A stretch of DNA of 64,000 bases from Ginglymostoma cirratum (taxonomy: Eukaryota): positions 29,726,838-29,790,837 of the forward strand of contig JAHRHZ010000222.1 in assembly GCA_024137785.1 (NCBI GenBank), written 5' to 3'. The translations under genes were made by a program, and so were the position numbers. This document shows, piece by piece, positions 24,201-36,054 of this stretch; the stretch's first letter is position 1, and each line of letters begins with the position of its first letter. The notes beneath the pieces are model-generated. The model did no database searches. It was given only the letters and a program-made list of their open reading frames with translations, and was not told where the DNA came from.

Positions 24201-24639
24201 GAATGCATCTACTTTCTCACCGTTGATGCCCTGAAGAGTAGTTTTTGACTAATGTCCTTTAAGACCAAGGAGTTACTGGCTACTGTTGAGTCAACATGTT
24301 ACTATCAAGGCCTGTGATTTGTTCAGAAGCTCCTAAGCTAATTGGCATTGATTTTGGCAGGCATTTTTTAATTATGGGTGGCAGGTTAATCAAACCCTAG
24401 CACGTCTGTTCACGCATGGAGGGTAGAATATTTTCCTCCCTTGACATGGCGTGAAGGGGAAATTATTGGATGAGTTGGCCCTGGAGAGATCTCCCCTTCT
24501 TATCACCTCGCCAACTGAATTATGGATGAGAAGGTTCACCTCTCTATCTACCACTAATTAAAGCCGTCTTGGCCAATTCACGTAAGTACTGTGGCTGCAA
24601 GAGCAAGTCGGAGGCTAGGAGTCCTGTAAGTAACTTGCC

Positions 24640-25170
24640 TCGTGATTCTATAAAGCTTGCTCACCATCTACAAGGCACAAGTCAGGAGATGATGGAATAC
24701 TCTTCACTTTCTAGATGAGTGCAGCTTCAACAACAGTTGAGAAGCTTGACACTGTCCATGGCAAAAGAGCACTCTTGACCGGCACCACATGCTCAAAAAA
24801 AATCAGCCTGTTGACTACCAGTGTTCAATAGCAGTAGCAGCAAGGTGTACACATTTACAAGATGCACTGAAGAAATTCTCCAAAACTGTTTATGCAACAT
24901 GTTCCAAACCCACAACCACTCTAATCTAGAAGGACACGGATGCAGATACACCACCATCTGTGAGTTCCCCTCCAAGCCGCACACAAAACTAAAATATGTT
25001 GGAAATATATTGCATTCCTTCAGTGTCCTCTGGAACTCTCTCCCTAATGGCACTGTGGATCCGCCCACAGCAAATGGACTGCATTGGTTCAAGAAAGCAA
25101 CTCATGACCACCTTGGGATGGGTAACGAATGCTGGCCAAGCTCGCAACGCCACAGCCCATGAATAAAGGC
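24640..25170 (+). mobile_element. L2/CR1-group LINE 3' fragment
   Basis: ctcaccatctacaaggcacaagtcagg = LTIYKAQVR, then atggaatac (MEY) and aagcttgacactgtccat; collinear with 32800-33540. Confidence 0.75.
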
Positions 25171-25496
25171 TCTAAAGAAAAAACTGCCTTCCGGACAGGC
25201 ATGAAACTTCTCATCTTCCAACTTGGATACAAGGACAAAGTGTTCCTCTTCTGTGAAGTCGTGCACTGGACATCAAGCTCCACTATTCCCAGATTCACCA
25301 TAAAAGTTAAAGATTTTCAAAATAATGGAAAATTCCCCAGCTGACCTTTTAGTTGGCAGGAAGCATGGATTCCAGGTTTCTGTACTTAATAAGACTGACT
25401 ACTTTTTAAAAATTAATAGATTCTAACTATGGATAAACAATTACGAGCCATCGACATATGACTCCTTATTACTTATAGTCCTCTTCATAAACTGCC

Positions 25497-25500
<4 letters not shown>

Positions 25501-25529
<29 letters not shown>
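25501..25529 (+). repeat. (AC)n microsatellite
   Basis: Directly visible. Confidence 0.95.
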
Positions 25530-25530
<1 letters not shown>

Positions 25531-25622
25531 TTTAAATAAAAAGGACGTTATGAACAGAGGGAAAGACTGGGAAGGCCATTCAATGATCCCTACCACAGGA
25601 TTTTCTGAGATGATTCTTATTT

Positions 25623-25805
25623 AAAGTTTTGGTAAAGATCTGTAGCTCGGGTTCGTGAATGAGGTTTTTGACTTGCTCGCCGAGCTGGCTTGTTTCTGTT
25701 CAGACATTTCGTCTTCATCGGAGGCTCCACTGATGATGTCACCTGGCATGCTGTTGAAACATCTGAACAAAAACAAGCCAGCTCGGCGAGCAAGTCAACA
25801 ACCTC
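25623..25805. mobile_element. Palindromic Penelope-related mini-element, second family
   Basis: Inverted arms 25659-25710 and 25756-25807 (48/52 matches by eye); ATGATTCTTATTT direct repeats at 25610-25622 and 25806-25818. Confidence 0.75.
25728..25765 (+). ncRNA. Minimal type I hammerhead ribozyme motif (degenerate stem II)
   Basis: ca-CTGATGA(25730-25736)-T-gtcacctggcatgctgtt-GAAA(25756-25759)-CA-TC-tg. Confidence 0.55.
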
Positions 25806-26765
25806 ATGATTCTTATTTTCATCAGAACGCTGCTTCTCAATTTTCTTTCTCCAGGTACCTTCACTTGTTTGTAGGAGAAACAATGTAACTTATCAATTAA
25901 AAACCACAGCTTAAAGCAACAGGAAAGAGGAAATAAACTGACCATATCTAGACCTTGGATGTTTTTTACTGCAGAACAAATACAACCTTTTCTCCTCCAA
26001 AGGTCTGACTATTTATCCATAATCCAAACTATCCTGGAAGCCAGTCACATTGTTGGCAGACAAAACTGGTCACTAGTCTACTGACCAATTAGCTACTTGT
26101 TGCTAGCCAAAGCTCCATTCATGCTCACCCTTTGACTTTTGAATAAGCAATTGCATAAACAGTATTTAAAATCAATTTCAGGCTACTTGCTTTGAAAAAG
26201 TGCAGCAGTCCTTTGTCTTTAAAACACTTATTTTCCCATTTCAATCCATAATCAAAATTACAGAAAAAAAGTATAGTCTTTTCACTAGGCTGGGGGCTTC
26301 ACCAGTTGGACGTGTAAGGTGGCTTCTACCCCCTTGAAATTCTGTTGACCTTAGCACTGAGCACCCGCATTCCCCTCTCTCCACGACCCCTATCCCGTGA
26401 TGAAATAAAAATCACTTAGCTTTTCACTTTTTACTTTCACTTACCTTTTACCCCAAGAATGGGCTTCATCCATTGATCTTCAGGAGCCTGAAACTGCCAG
26501 CTTCTGATTGGCCAACTGCTTCTTGTGACCTGAAATGCCAGTATTGAGGCCTTGTGTTGGCTGATACGCTCCCATATGAGCCTGTCAACTCTACCAAGCT
26601 GTCTGGCATGCGATTGCCTCAGTTATCTCAGCAGTGAGGAGTGGTGTGTTTCTCATCACCTAATATACCCACTTCCACTTTGTAAATTGGAAAATTGCAT
26701 TCTTAGTCTGCGAAAAGGAAAATTGTGACCAATATTTCAAGTTTGTACAACTGTTATGATTGGTG

Positions 26766-26907
26766 ACAGTTCTGAATAAGGGTCACTGGACCCGAAACGT
26801 TAACTCTGCTTTCTCTCTACAGATGCTCCTAGACCTGCTACGTTTTTCCAGCAATTCCGGTTTATGTTTCTGATTTCTAGCACCTGCAGTTCTTGCATTT
26901 TCTTTTC
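26766..26907 (+). mobile_element. Single-arm Penelope-related mini-element that starts at its hammerhead
   Basis: Matches the right arm of the 51371 element plus tail; flanks are TTATGATTGGTG (26754-26765) and TTATGATCGGTG (26908-26919). Confidence 0.75.
26768..26805 (+). ncRNA. Minimal type I hammerhead motif with a G8-to-U core mutation
   Basis: AGTT-CTGAATA-A-GGGTC-ACTG-GACCC-GAAA-CG-TT-AACT: 4-bp stem I, 5-bp stem II, palindromic ACGT stem III. Confidence 0.7.
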
Positions 26908-27369
26908 TTATGATCGGTGTGCAGCCTGCTTTTTAGATTCTCTGCTATTGGTTTTCTGAATTTTGAATACAAGCCTGAATGTTACAGCTGTTTGTTTTTT
27001 ACTTTTAGATACCAAAGTTATTTGTGAATGTTGCGGTCTATATTTTGTGGATACAGGTTTCAGCTTGTAAATGAAGGTAAATAACTGGAAATGTGTGAGG
27101 ATAAGTGGGAACCCCATCTCTGTTTTAAATCCATGTTTGTGAGATTCACAGCTCATTGGCAGGCAGCGTTTTGTCATGCATTTCTGTCTGTCTTGGTCAG
27201 TTGGACAGCTCGTGGGTATTGATCTAACTGGCAAAATACATGATTGTCTTTATCAGTGATGGTCTTTACAGATTGAGTGAAATGCATCCTGGAAAGAGGC
27301 ATTGAGTATCTATTCACACAGTGTCCCGTCCAGTCTTTATCACCAGGGCACCGATTTTTGTAAGGTTAG

Positions 27370-27790
27370 TGCCTTACAGGTTGTAACAATTAGGTTTTGA
27401 TTCCCTTAAGTAGAAAAGACTAAGGACTGATCTAATTGTGGGGTTAAAGATTTGATCAGGTGAATAAAGAGAAATTACCTGGTCTGGTGGAATGTCCACA
27501 AGAAGGGACATAACCTAAAAGCTAACACTAGGTTGTTCACCCACAACGTCAGGAAGCATTAATTTGTACAACAGATTGTGAACATCTGGAACTCCTTCCT
27601 CTAAAAGGCTTTTGAAGCCAGATCAATTGAAAATTTCAAAATTAGGAAGGATAGATTTTTGTTCAGCAAGTGTATTAAGAGATAGAGAAACATTGTGGAT
27701 AATTTGAGTTAAGGTTCCTATCAGGCATGAGCCAACTGAATGGCAGGGCAGGCTCGAAGCGATGAATGGGTGTCTCCTTTCCTATGTTTC
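27370..27790 (+). mobile_element. Decayed CR1 3' end
   Basis: Relic of the FSLE-RRLRGDLI motif at ~27400-27440 and a CR1-like tail ending ...tttcctatgtt. Confidence 0.6.
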
Positions 27791-28004
27791 TTTGAAGAGG
27801 CTAAAATGACTGAATTTGAAATGTACTACTTTAAAGTTACAAACAGCTGGGTTTTTTTTACAGCAATAATGTAATTTTAGCTCCTGCACGTGGTGCAAAT
27901 TAATGTTCAAATCTGGAAATTGATTTTTAAAAGCTACAGCTGCTTACAGTAAAATACTGTGGATGCAGGAAATCTAATTCACAAACTAAAAATGCTAGAG
28001 ATCT

Positions 28005-28090
28005 AGAACAGAAAATGCAGGAGAAACTCTGTATTGTCTGAGGAGAGTGAAACAGAGTTAACATTTGAGTCTGACGTGAAGAGTCTTGTG
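28005..28090 (-). mobile_element. Decayed Penelope-related terminal arm
   Basis: acagaaaatgcaggagaaactc...gagagtgaaacagagttaacatttgagtc aligns with 51415-51490. Confidence 0.5.
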
Positions 28091-31000
28091 GAGTTTCTCC
28101 ACCACCTTCTGCTTTTAATAGGTTTGGAGGGATTTTCAAAATGCTGATAATCACATTTACTGATTTCTTGATAATCACATTTGTTACATATTCAAAGAGC
28201 AAGATGCCAAATTGAATTGAAAAGATCACTTAAACTCTCCGTTCTCAAGCTATTGCTCATTCTAAAACAAAATAATTAAATCTTCAAATCATTTTTTTGT
28301 GGGAGTGGGTTCTAAACCAGGCAGCACAGCCTCCTTGATACTATGTGTAGGTCAAGTGCAGTGACAGATCTAACAGCAAGCCTTCCAGTTTTATCTTTGT
28401 AGCAAATACTGTTAAATAGTAGAGATCAAGTTGCAGGTGAGCAAGACCAATCTTTGAGTCCCCAGTTCACGGATGGAAACAAAAATTGACAGAGCAGCTC
28501 CAAAAGTAACATTTAAACAGTTTATTAATGTCATATGTGTTGTATGCTTTCTATTAATTTGGAAAATCAAAGCAGCATTGTATATAATGTCTTTTTGTTT
28601 CAGTGAATTTTTGGAATTGAGCCGATTGCAAGGCGATGTGCCCAATGATGGGATATTGGAACTGAGTTAGTTTCCTGTGGCAGACACAGTAATATGATAC
28701 CTGAGGTGGCAACGTCCGCATAATCTCAGGTCACTAATACTGTTTGACCAGTGCCTGATAGGATTTGAGGGGTTAGCCACCCTATGTACATTACTGAGAC
28801 ATTGGAAAATAGCTATAACTGAACCACGTTTCTTTATGTCAGTTACATTAAGACCTTATAGATTCTTAATAAGCAGGAGATCTATTATTGGACAAGTTGC
28901 AGACTTTCCTGGACTGTTGACCTGGGGTTAATTATAGTAGAACACTTGGGTCTCCCTACATTTTGTCAGTCTAACTCTCTCTGAGTTTAGTTAAGTTAGA
29001 ATATACACTCAGCACACTCCATATACTCCAAAATGAGTGTACACTCCATAGTAGCCAAATAGAAACTTCGACTTGCAAGGCATATTCAGTCATTTGACTG
29101 GGATATAGTTATCCATAGAGGTTGGTTTTTTCAAATCGCAGACCAAGCTGATCCCCCAATATTTTGTAGGTAATTCTTTTGCTAATAACTTAGTATGAAG
29201 GTGCCCTGCTCCTTAAAGATGTATTAACCTTGCAGTGAGAGATCACGTGTGTGTGGTTTGTACACCGTGACAATTAGATGTACAGCACTAGTTTTTGCAC
29301 TGTGATTGAAAGGAATTGGTGTCAGAAGTTTGATTTTGTATTTTGTAGACAGAGGTTTGCTTTTCAAATGACAAAAAATTCTGAAAATATTCAAATGTCT
29401 TGAAAGATCAAAATATAATCTTTAGGATTTATACGCTAATCTTGTAGACTGACAGTTACTTCTTAATAATCGTGTTGATTATGGTTTGATAAACGTGCCA
29501 TGATTTTTTTCACAAGCAATGGTCTTTCATTGCGACTATTAATCATATAGAGCATGCTTGCTGTTACTATCCATCAGAAAAGCTGCTACAAAATTATGTA
29601 AAACCACCCATAAAAAACATAAGTAGAAATATACTTTTATTTTACAACATGATATCAAGGCAACAAACTTATCTTGGATTTCAGACAATGGTTGTATACC
29701 ACTTATGCAATTGGCCATCACCTGAACCTATTAAAGATTGTTGTGTCTAATTACTCCTCCAATATGTTCATTTTTTTTAATGTATCTGCGTGGAATTTAC
29801 AAGATGAATATTGATGTTTAACCAGCCCAGACCATTAGCAAGTACAAAAGAATTAAATGTGTACAGCTTGAATTTTAGATTTTCCTCTTACAAAAACAGA
29901 TTATTGTGCATCATAATTAGATTGGATTTTCAAGAGCTTACACAGTTCTTTTGTCTCTTCAGCCAATATGTTGATGATCAGAAAGTAATATACATATCAT
30001 GTATAGTGCATTTTAAACTTCACAGTGAAATAAGCACCAGGTTGAGACATGTTATTTACTGGAAATGTTACATTCAATAAATTCTAAAGCCAAAAGATGA
30101 GGCTGGAAATTGGGGGGGGATAAAAGTTCTGTTCCCTTGAGCAGCATAGACAGTGGTGAGAAAATTGGGTAAATACGGTGAGATTGAAAAGAGTGAATTT
30201 TGACATTCAGCAAGTATTTCTGATTTTGACCATAAAGTTTCAATGGTGACTCACTATTAAGAGGCAGCAACCTTATTTCCCTCATTTGCATTTTATTATT
30301 AGCCCAACTCACCTCATTTCTCTGCTACTTGCAACTCTACTGTCCTTCCTTGAGAAACTAGATAGCACCAATTCACACCATGAAAGCCAGACTAGTTATC
30401 TGGTGCCTGCAGCTCACCACTTGCTTGCCCAGCCCCTTATCTAACTCTGTCTTCACTACAACGTCCTTGCAGCCTCCGTGAACACAATATCCTTCTCCAC
30501 TCTTTGACTGTGCAAGTTAGCATCAGCAATTTACCAGCCTCATCACATCATCATGCTTGCTCTCAGACTAACTCTCTCATCTCTTCAAATGTTCAAGAAT
30601 TTGGAGCTCAGGGATACTTATGATTTGCATGTTTCTGCCAGGGCACTTTTTGTGCAGACAGATACATCTCACACATCTACACAGGATGTAGCTTCATTTC
30701 TTAGTACTCACTCAGCTTCCACTAACTTAGGGGGTGCCACACTCTGTGGCTTGCACTGCATTTTAGTACAGACGGAGAGGCAGGCAGCTTGTTGTAGTGG
30801 GGAGCACTGAACAGTCAAAGGGCGTGGACGTATTGCTATATGTCAATGTCACATCTCCCACCATGTACCGCCAACTACGTGGCAAACACAATGCATGTAC
30901 TTCATTGCAAATGGACATGAGTGGAAGTGAAAGGAGACCAGCCGTTAGCGGGATGAAGGGGGATTACAATCGATTAGCAGCTACGGCCACAGTCAGTCAA

Positions 31001-31186
31001 GGGACTCATCTGATTTTAGTCCAGGGAGTTGGTCACAGTTACTTAGTCTTCCCAGAGCCTGGATTTCCCATGTCTTTGCAGTTTGGGCATTGGACCATGG
31101 TAATTCCTGCAGGTCATGTACAAACAATCTAGGGATTACAGGTACATCAGATGGGGTGCTTTGGAGACATCAGTATTTTCAGGTAA

Positions 31187-31850
31187 GGCCCAAGTGGAGG
31201 CATGGGGACCGCTTTGCGGAATACCTACGCTTGGTTCGCAACAAACAACTGCACCTCCCAGTCGCGAACCATTTCAACTCGCCCTCCCACTCCTTAGACG
31301 ACATATCCATCCTGGGCCTCCTGCAGTGCCCCAACGATGCTACTCGAAGGTTGCAAGAACAGCGCCTCATATTTCGCTTGGGAACCCTGCAGCCCAATGG
31401 TATCGATGTGGAAATCACAAGCTTCAAAATCTCCCCTCCCCCAACCATATTCCCAAAACCAGCCCAGCTTGTCCCCACCTCCCTAACCTGAACTTCCTCC
31501 CACCTATCCCCTCCTCCCACCTCAAGCCCCACCCTCATCTCCTACCTAGAAGCCTCATCCCGCCCCCTTGACCTGTCCGTCCTCCCTGGACTGACCTATC
31601 CCCTCCCTAACTCCCCACCTACACTCACCTTTACTGGCTCCACCCGCACCTCTTCGACTTGTCTGTCTCCTCTCCACCTATCTTCTCCTCTATCCATCTT
31701 CTATCCGCCTCCCCCTTTCTCCCTATTTATTTCAGAACCCCCTTCCCCTCCCCCATTTCTGAAGAAGGGTCTAGACCCGAAATGTCAGCTTTCCTGCTCC
31801 TCTGATGCTGCTTGGCCTGCTGTGTTCATCCAGCTCTACACCTTGTTATC
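31187..31850 (+). mobile_element. 5'-truncated Penelope-like retroelement (C-terminal part of GIY-YIG endonuclease, C/T-rich 3' region, hammerhead)
   Basis: ORF text GDRFAEYLRLVRNKQLHLPVANHFNSPSHSLDDISILGLLQC...RRLQEQRLIFRLGTLQPNGID; diverged TSD TCAGTATTTTCAGGTAA (31170-31186) / TCAGTATCTTCATGTAA (31851-31867). Confidence 0.88.
31757..31788 (+). ncRNA. Minimal type I hammerhead motif, catalytic core intact
   Basis: tt-CTGAAGA(31759-31765)-A-GGGT-CTAG-ACCC-GAAA(31779-31782)-TG-TC-ag; predicted cleavage after C31786; stem I is weak. Confidence 0.7.
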
Positions 31851-32789
31851 TCAGTATCTTCATGTAAACCCACTTTAAGTATCTACACATTGCAGGCTGT
31901 ACTAACTGTTAGGGGAAAAAGCAGCAGTCAGTGATATAAGGTACTAACATCACACGATACGAAGGTCAGGTAGATTTAGTCAGCATGTGATATTCGAATG
32001 TCATGCATTTAAGTCTCCCATGATAGGCAGCAATTTGTACAGAATCTTGAGGCACCTCCTTTCGACCCTTAAATCATCGGTTGGCCTTCAACATTTTAGA
32101 GTTTGCAAAGTCTGCTAACTTGCCGTGAAATGTTTGAACGTCCTGTAGGGTACTGTTGAACCTGAGGGAGGCAGTGCTCTGTGCAGTTTCTCTCTGCAGA
32201 CCACTGAGGCAGAGTGAACGTGCGAACTGCTTATTGTGGTTTAGGGTGGGAGATGTGCAATGTGCTCCCCTGAAAAGCTGATAGATAGAATGAACCTTTT
32301 GCTGCAAAAATGTGTGAAATCAACACTGGATTCAAATTCTCACTAACAAGTGTGAAATGTGTGTGCAGGGCAGGCCCTAGCACAATCACTGCATATTGTG
32401 TTTAGCTTCAGTGTTGTCTACATCAAGTGTAGCATTAAGCACTAAAATTCAGGAATCGCAATGTTTGAGGTTATCTGCGGTCAAGAAGTCTGTTGCTTCT
32501 GAGAAATAAATAATGTTTGGCTATTATAACTTCCTTCACCCTTGATGTCTGAATAGCCTGCTCATCTCTAACATGGATGCAACTTAACCAGGTCCGCCCG
32601 CAACAAAGAGAACATATTAAGAATGTAAGTATGTATAGATTTTCAAAAATACAAGGTTATTTACAACTTTGTGTTACCCATTCCAACTATGTACCTTCAG
32701 ACGTGAAGGTTACCATTGATTAGAAATTGAACTGAACAAGTCTTTTAGAATACAATGGCTACAACAGGAGGTCAGATATTAGGAATCCT

Positions 32790-33540
32790 GCAGCAAGCAA
32801 CTCACTTCCTGACTCCTCAAAGCCTGTCCACCATCATCAAGGTACAAATCAGGATTATGATGGAATACTCACCACCTGATTGGAAAAAGATGTACAGGTT
32901 AAGTGGAGTGGCCATGCTAAATTGCCCATAGTGTCCAGGGATGTTTAGGCTAGGTGGTTTAGACATGGGAAATGCAGGGGTAGGGGAATGGGTCTGGGTG
33001 GGATGCTCTTCGGAGGAGCGGTGTGGACTTGTTGGGCCGATTGGCCCGTTTCCACACTGTAGGGATTCTCTGATTCTTTGAAGTGCAACATAAGCAACAC
33101 TCAAGAAACTTGACACCATCCAGGATCAAGTAGCCCACTTGATTAGCACCAGAACCACAAACATTCAACCAAAGATCAGAGAAGCAGATTGTACCATCAA
33201 CAAGATACACTGCAGAAATTCATCAAGGTTTCTTAGACAGAACCTTCCAAATCCATGACCATTATCATCTAGAAGGACAAGGGCAGCAATACCTGGGAGC
33301 ACCAACATTTCAAGATCCCCTCCAAGCCACCTGCCATCCTGACTTGGTGATATATGTTCATTCCTTCACTGTCACTGGGTCAAAAACCTGGTATTTCCTC
33401 CCTAACAGCATTGTGGGTGTATCAGGTGGACTGCAGTCGTTCAAGAAGGCAGCTCACCACCGCCTTCTCAAAGGCATCTAGGGATGGGCAATAAATGCTG
33501 GCCAGCCAGTGATGTTTGCATCCTCTAAATGAGTTTAAAA
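32790..33540 (+). mobile_element. L2/CR1-group LINE 3' fragment interrupted by a SINE
   Basis: Reads THFLTPQSLSTIIKVQIRIMMEYSP, resumes after ~33080 with TLKKLDTIQDQVAHLI, and ends at gggatgggcaataaatgctggcc...aaatgagtttaaaa. Confidence 0.8.
32888..33078 (+). mobile_element. HE1/V-SINE-like SINE, 5'-truncated
   Basis: V-domain-like aggttaagtggagtggccatgctaaattgcccatagtgt and tail ggtgtggacttgttgggccga..gtttccacactgtagggattctctgattct. Confidence 0.75.
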
Positions 33541-33544
33541 CTAA

Positions 33545-34655
33545 AAGGTGGAGCTGAAGGCCTCCAATGCTGGACTGTTTAGTGTGGGTTTACTGAATAT
33601 TGCCCATGCCTGCTTAAGAAAAGAGTGAAGTAGTTGTGTAATTGGGATATACCTTGTGTGGGTGAAGAATAAGTTAGTGTTGGTTGTAATGGGAGAGCGG
33701 CAGAGCACAGCGCAGTGATGTTTACTGGGTTTGTTGCCTATTGACGTCTGCCTGACCCCACATGAGCAGCTGTGCTGTTCCTTAGCCAACTCTGGTATTT
33801 TTCATCAAGTTGTGAGGAGCCTTACACTCACTATCTGACCACGGGTCTTGGCACTTTCAGCCCAGTTATGAGACAGGTTTTCCTGCAGTCACACAGAAGA
33901 AAGGTTGAATCTAATGGAAGTGCATGGCAGAGCCATTTGTGGTGATACGAAAACAGGAGAGGTGGTGAGGTGTCCCTAATGAGTGAGTAGGAAATACAGC
34001 AGGCAGCAGGGTCAGTGGTTTGGGAGGATAAGGTGGATGAGGGCTGTTGAGTGGTGTGACGCATGTAATAATGAGAGGTGTACTCCATGAGCCTTGGTGA
34101 GAAGTATGTGCAGGACACCTACCCTTATGAAGTGAAGAAGATCCTTAATCTTCTGTCTGCACTACTGTGCATTACATTTTACCCAAGATACAACATTGAC
34201 CTGTGCTGCTATCTGTAGCAGGCTAGTTGTGTGGGTGGTATGGCCTGCTTTGCCAGTCAACAGGATAAAGCGCTGCTCTCCTTTCCACCACTGTGTCTAC
34301 CACTAATCTTCAGTTCCTTGTCAGTTCCTGGCAAGTGAGCTTTCGTTTCCTCTGGACCATGTCCTGGCTATAGCGGCTCGAGCGCCACAGAGTGAGGGGT
34401 AGTTTCAGGCTTGTAGCATCTGAAGTGTGCAGCTGGACTTCAAATATGATGCCAGAGATACGAATGCCGGAAAGTCGTGGGTGTGGTGACCACTTCTGCA
34501 TCTCTTGCTGTCTAATTCCACAAGAAGGATGCTCTAGAGCCCGGCTACATAACTAATGAGGTGATGAGCAGACGATTGCATGAGAAAAGTCATTGTGAGC
34601 CATGAATCTCACTGGAAAATATACTTTGACTGAAAATGAGAAAATTCTTCCCAAA
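33545..34655 (-). mobile_element. Harbinger-like DNA transposon remnant with Myb/SANT pseudo-exon (34121-34360)
   Basis: With frameshifts the minus strand reads MVQRKRKL..TDKELK..LVVDTVVERRAALYP..LLQIAAQVNVVSWVKCNAQ*CRQKIKDLLHFIR followed by GTAGGT; candidate terminus GGGAAGAATTTTC near 34640-34652. Confidence 0.6.
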
Positions 34656-34755
34656 GTGTTTCCCACACTCCAACAGTGACTGCAATTTACAAGTACTTAA
34701 TTGGCCATAAAGTGCATTTGGACATCCTGAGGTTAATGGAAGTTTCATTTTTCTT
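34655..34755 (+). mobile_element. Deu-domain SINE-like 3' tail
   Basis: tttcccacactccaacagtgactgcaatttacaagtacttaattggccataaagtgcatttggacatcctgagg; similar to 50840-50915. Confidence 0.55.
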
Positions 34756-35570
34756 TAAACAAATTTGAGAGCAGGTTTAGAAATCCACACCTCTATTGTA
34801 AAGAGGTAAAAGAAAGGAATGAAGAGCAGAAGATAGTAGTACATTGCAAAACCCTGCTAAAAGTTCAATAAACTCATCTTGGCAGGGTAATTGTTAATGA
34901 ATTTTTGAGAGGTAGCTGAATCTTTCAGATTTAGTTCAGTTGACACAGGGAATTAAATTACATGGTATCTTGCAAAAACCACAGAATGCATATAACCTTG
35001 TACATTGGAGGCCAAGTGCCCAGTATTCTTATACCAACAAATGCAACAAGCTGATTCCTACTCCTAGGTATTTGGAGGCGAAGCAACATGAGGACACATC
35101 ATGAAGTGCCTGCATGGCTTCCGTGAAGTATGAAGCAACCCAGCTATAAGCTGTGCAACCAGAAATGGAGTCTGTTGGTGTCCCAAAGAATCCTCTAATT
35201 TCAATTCAAGTTAGTTATTTGAAAAAAAAAGGAGAATGAATCCTTTTATTCCAGGTCACATCCTCCATCTTCTACATATGCATCACACTAATAGCAGCAA
35301 CTGTAAACAAGCCAGCCATGGAAGTAATGTAAATGCTGAAATTACCTCATAACTGGTGTGCAATATGCATAAATAAAAATTGGATTCTGAACTATGTACT
35401 CTATGTCTCCACGTGCATACTTTTGTTTGTGGAGAGGTACTATATATAAGTTCCTGCTCCAAACATCTATATTGAGCTACAGATAGGAGTTTGACTCATT
35501 GGCTTTCGTCATTTTACATTAACATCAACTCTTCACTGGATTGGTGGAACAAAGAAGAGTATAAGCCATT

Positions 35571-35883
35571 GATAACAAGGTGTAGAGCTGGATGAACACA
35601 GCAGGCCAAGCAGCATCAGAGGAGCAGGAAAGCTTTTTCTCGTTTCGGGCCTAGACCCTTCATCAGAAATGGGGGAGGGGAAGAGGGTTCTGAAATAAAT
35701 AGGGAGAGAGGGGGAGGCGGATAGAAGATGGATAGAGGAGAAGATAGGTGGAGAGGAGACAGACAAGTCAAAGAGGCGGGGATGGAGCCAGTAAAGGTGA
35801 GTGTAGATGGGGAGGTAGGGAGGATGGACAGGTCAAGGGGGCGGGATGAGGTTAGTAGGTAGGAGATGAGGGTGCGGCTTGAG
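35571..35883 (-). mobile_element. Penelope-like 3' fragment, same young family as 31187-31850
   Basis: Near-identical reverse complement of ~31520-31850, with a short internal deletion. Confidence 0.88.
35639..35668 (-). ncRNA. Minimal hammerhead motif with disrupted cleavage triplet
   Basis: The minus strand reads tt-CTGATGA-A-GGGT-CTAG-GCCC-GAAA-CG-agaaaaagc where the sister copy has ..G-TC-agc. Confidence 0.65.
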
Positions 35884-36054
35884 TTATGCTAAAGTCGGAG
35901 ACTTTAAAGTTCGAGACTGCTAAAGTCCCAAACTGTTTTTGTTGATTATGAGAGCCTGTTTAAAAATGCCGCAGTTCCCACATTCCCTTGAGAACGTCTA
36001 CCCTGTGAGGAAAGTAACAGTTCACCCTAACAAATTCAGAGCAGCAAGCCAAGG

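Larger units (their letters stand above)
25252..26285. mobile_element. Possible solo-LTR-like repeat containing (CA)n and a nested Penelope-related insertion
   Basis: Starts TGTGAAG and ends TTTTCAC (short imperfect inverted ends); ~840 bp once the nested insert is removed. No TSD confirmed. Confidence 0.25.

Noticed and set aside
28145-28180. Short local duplications (TGATAATCACATTT x2; also ~29015-29050 and ~35888-35928)
   Set aside because: Two or three short units, consistent with slippage or repair scars; not an array, and CRISPR is not applicable here.
31090-31571. Overlapping 119-151 aa ORFs as genes
   Set aside because: They are alternative frames of a truncated Penelope-like insertion.
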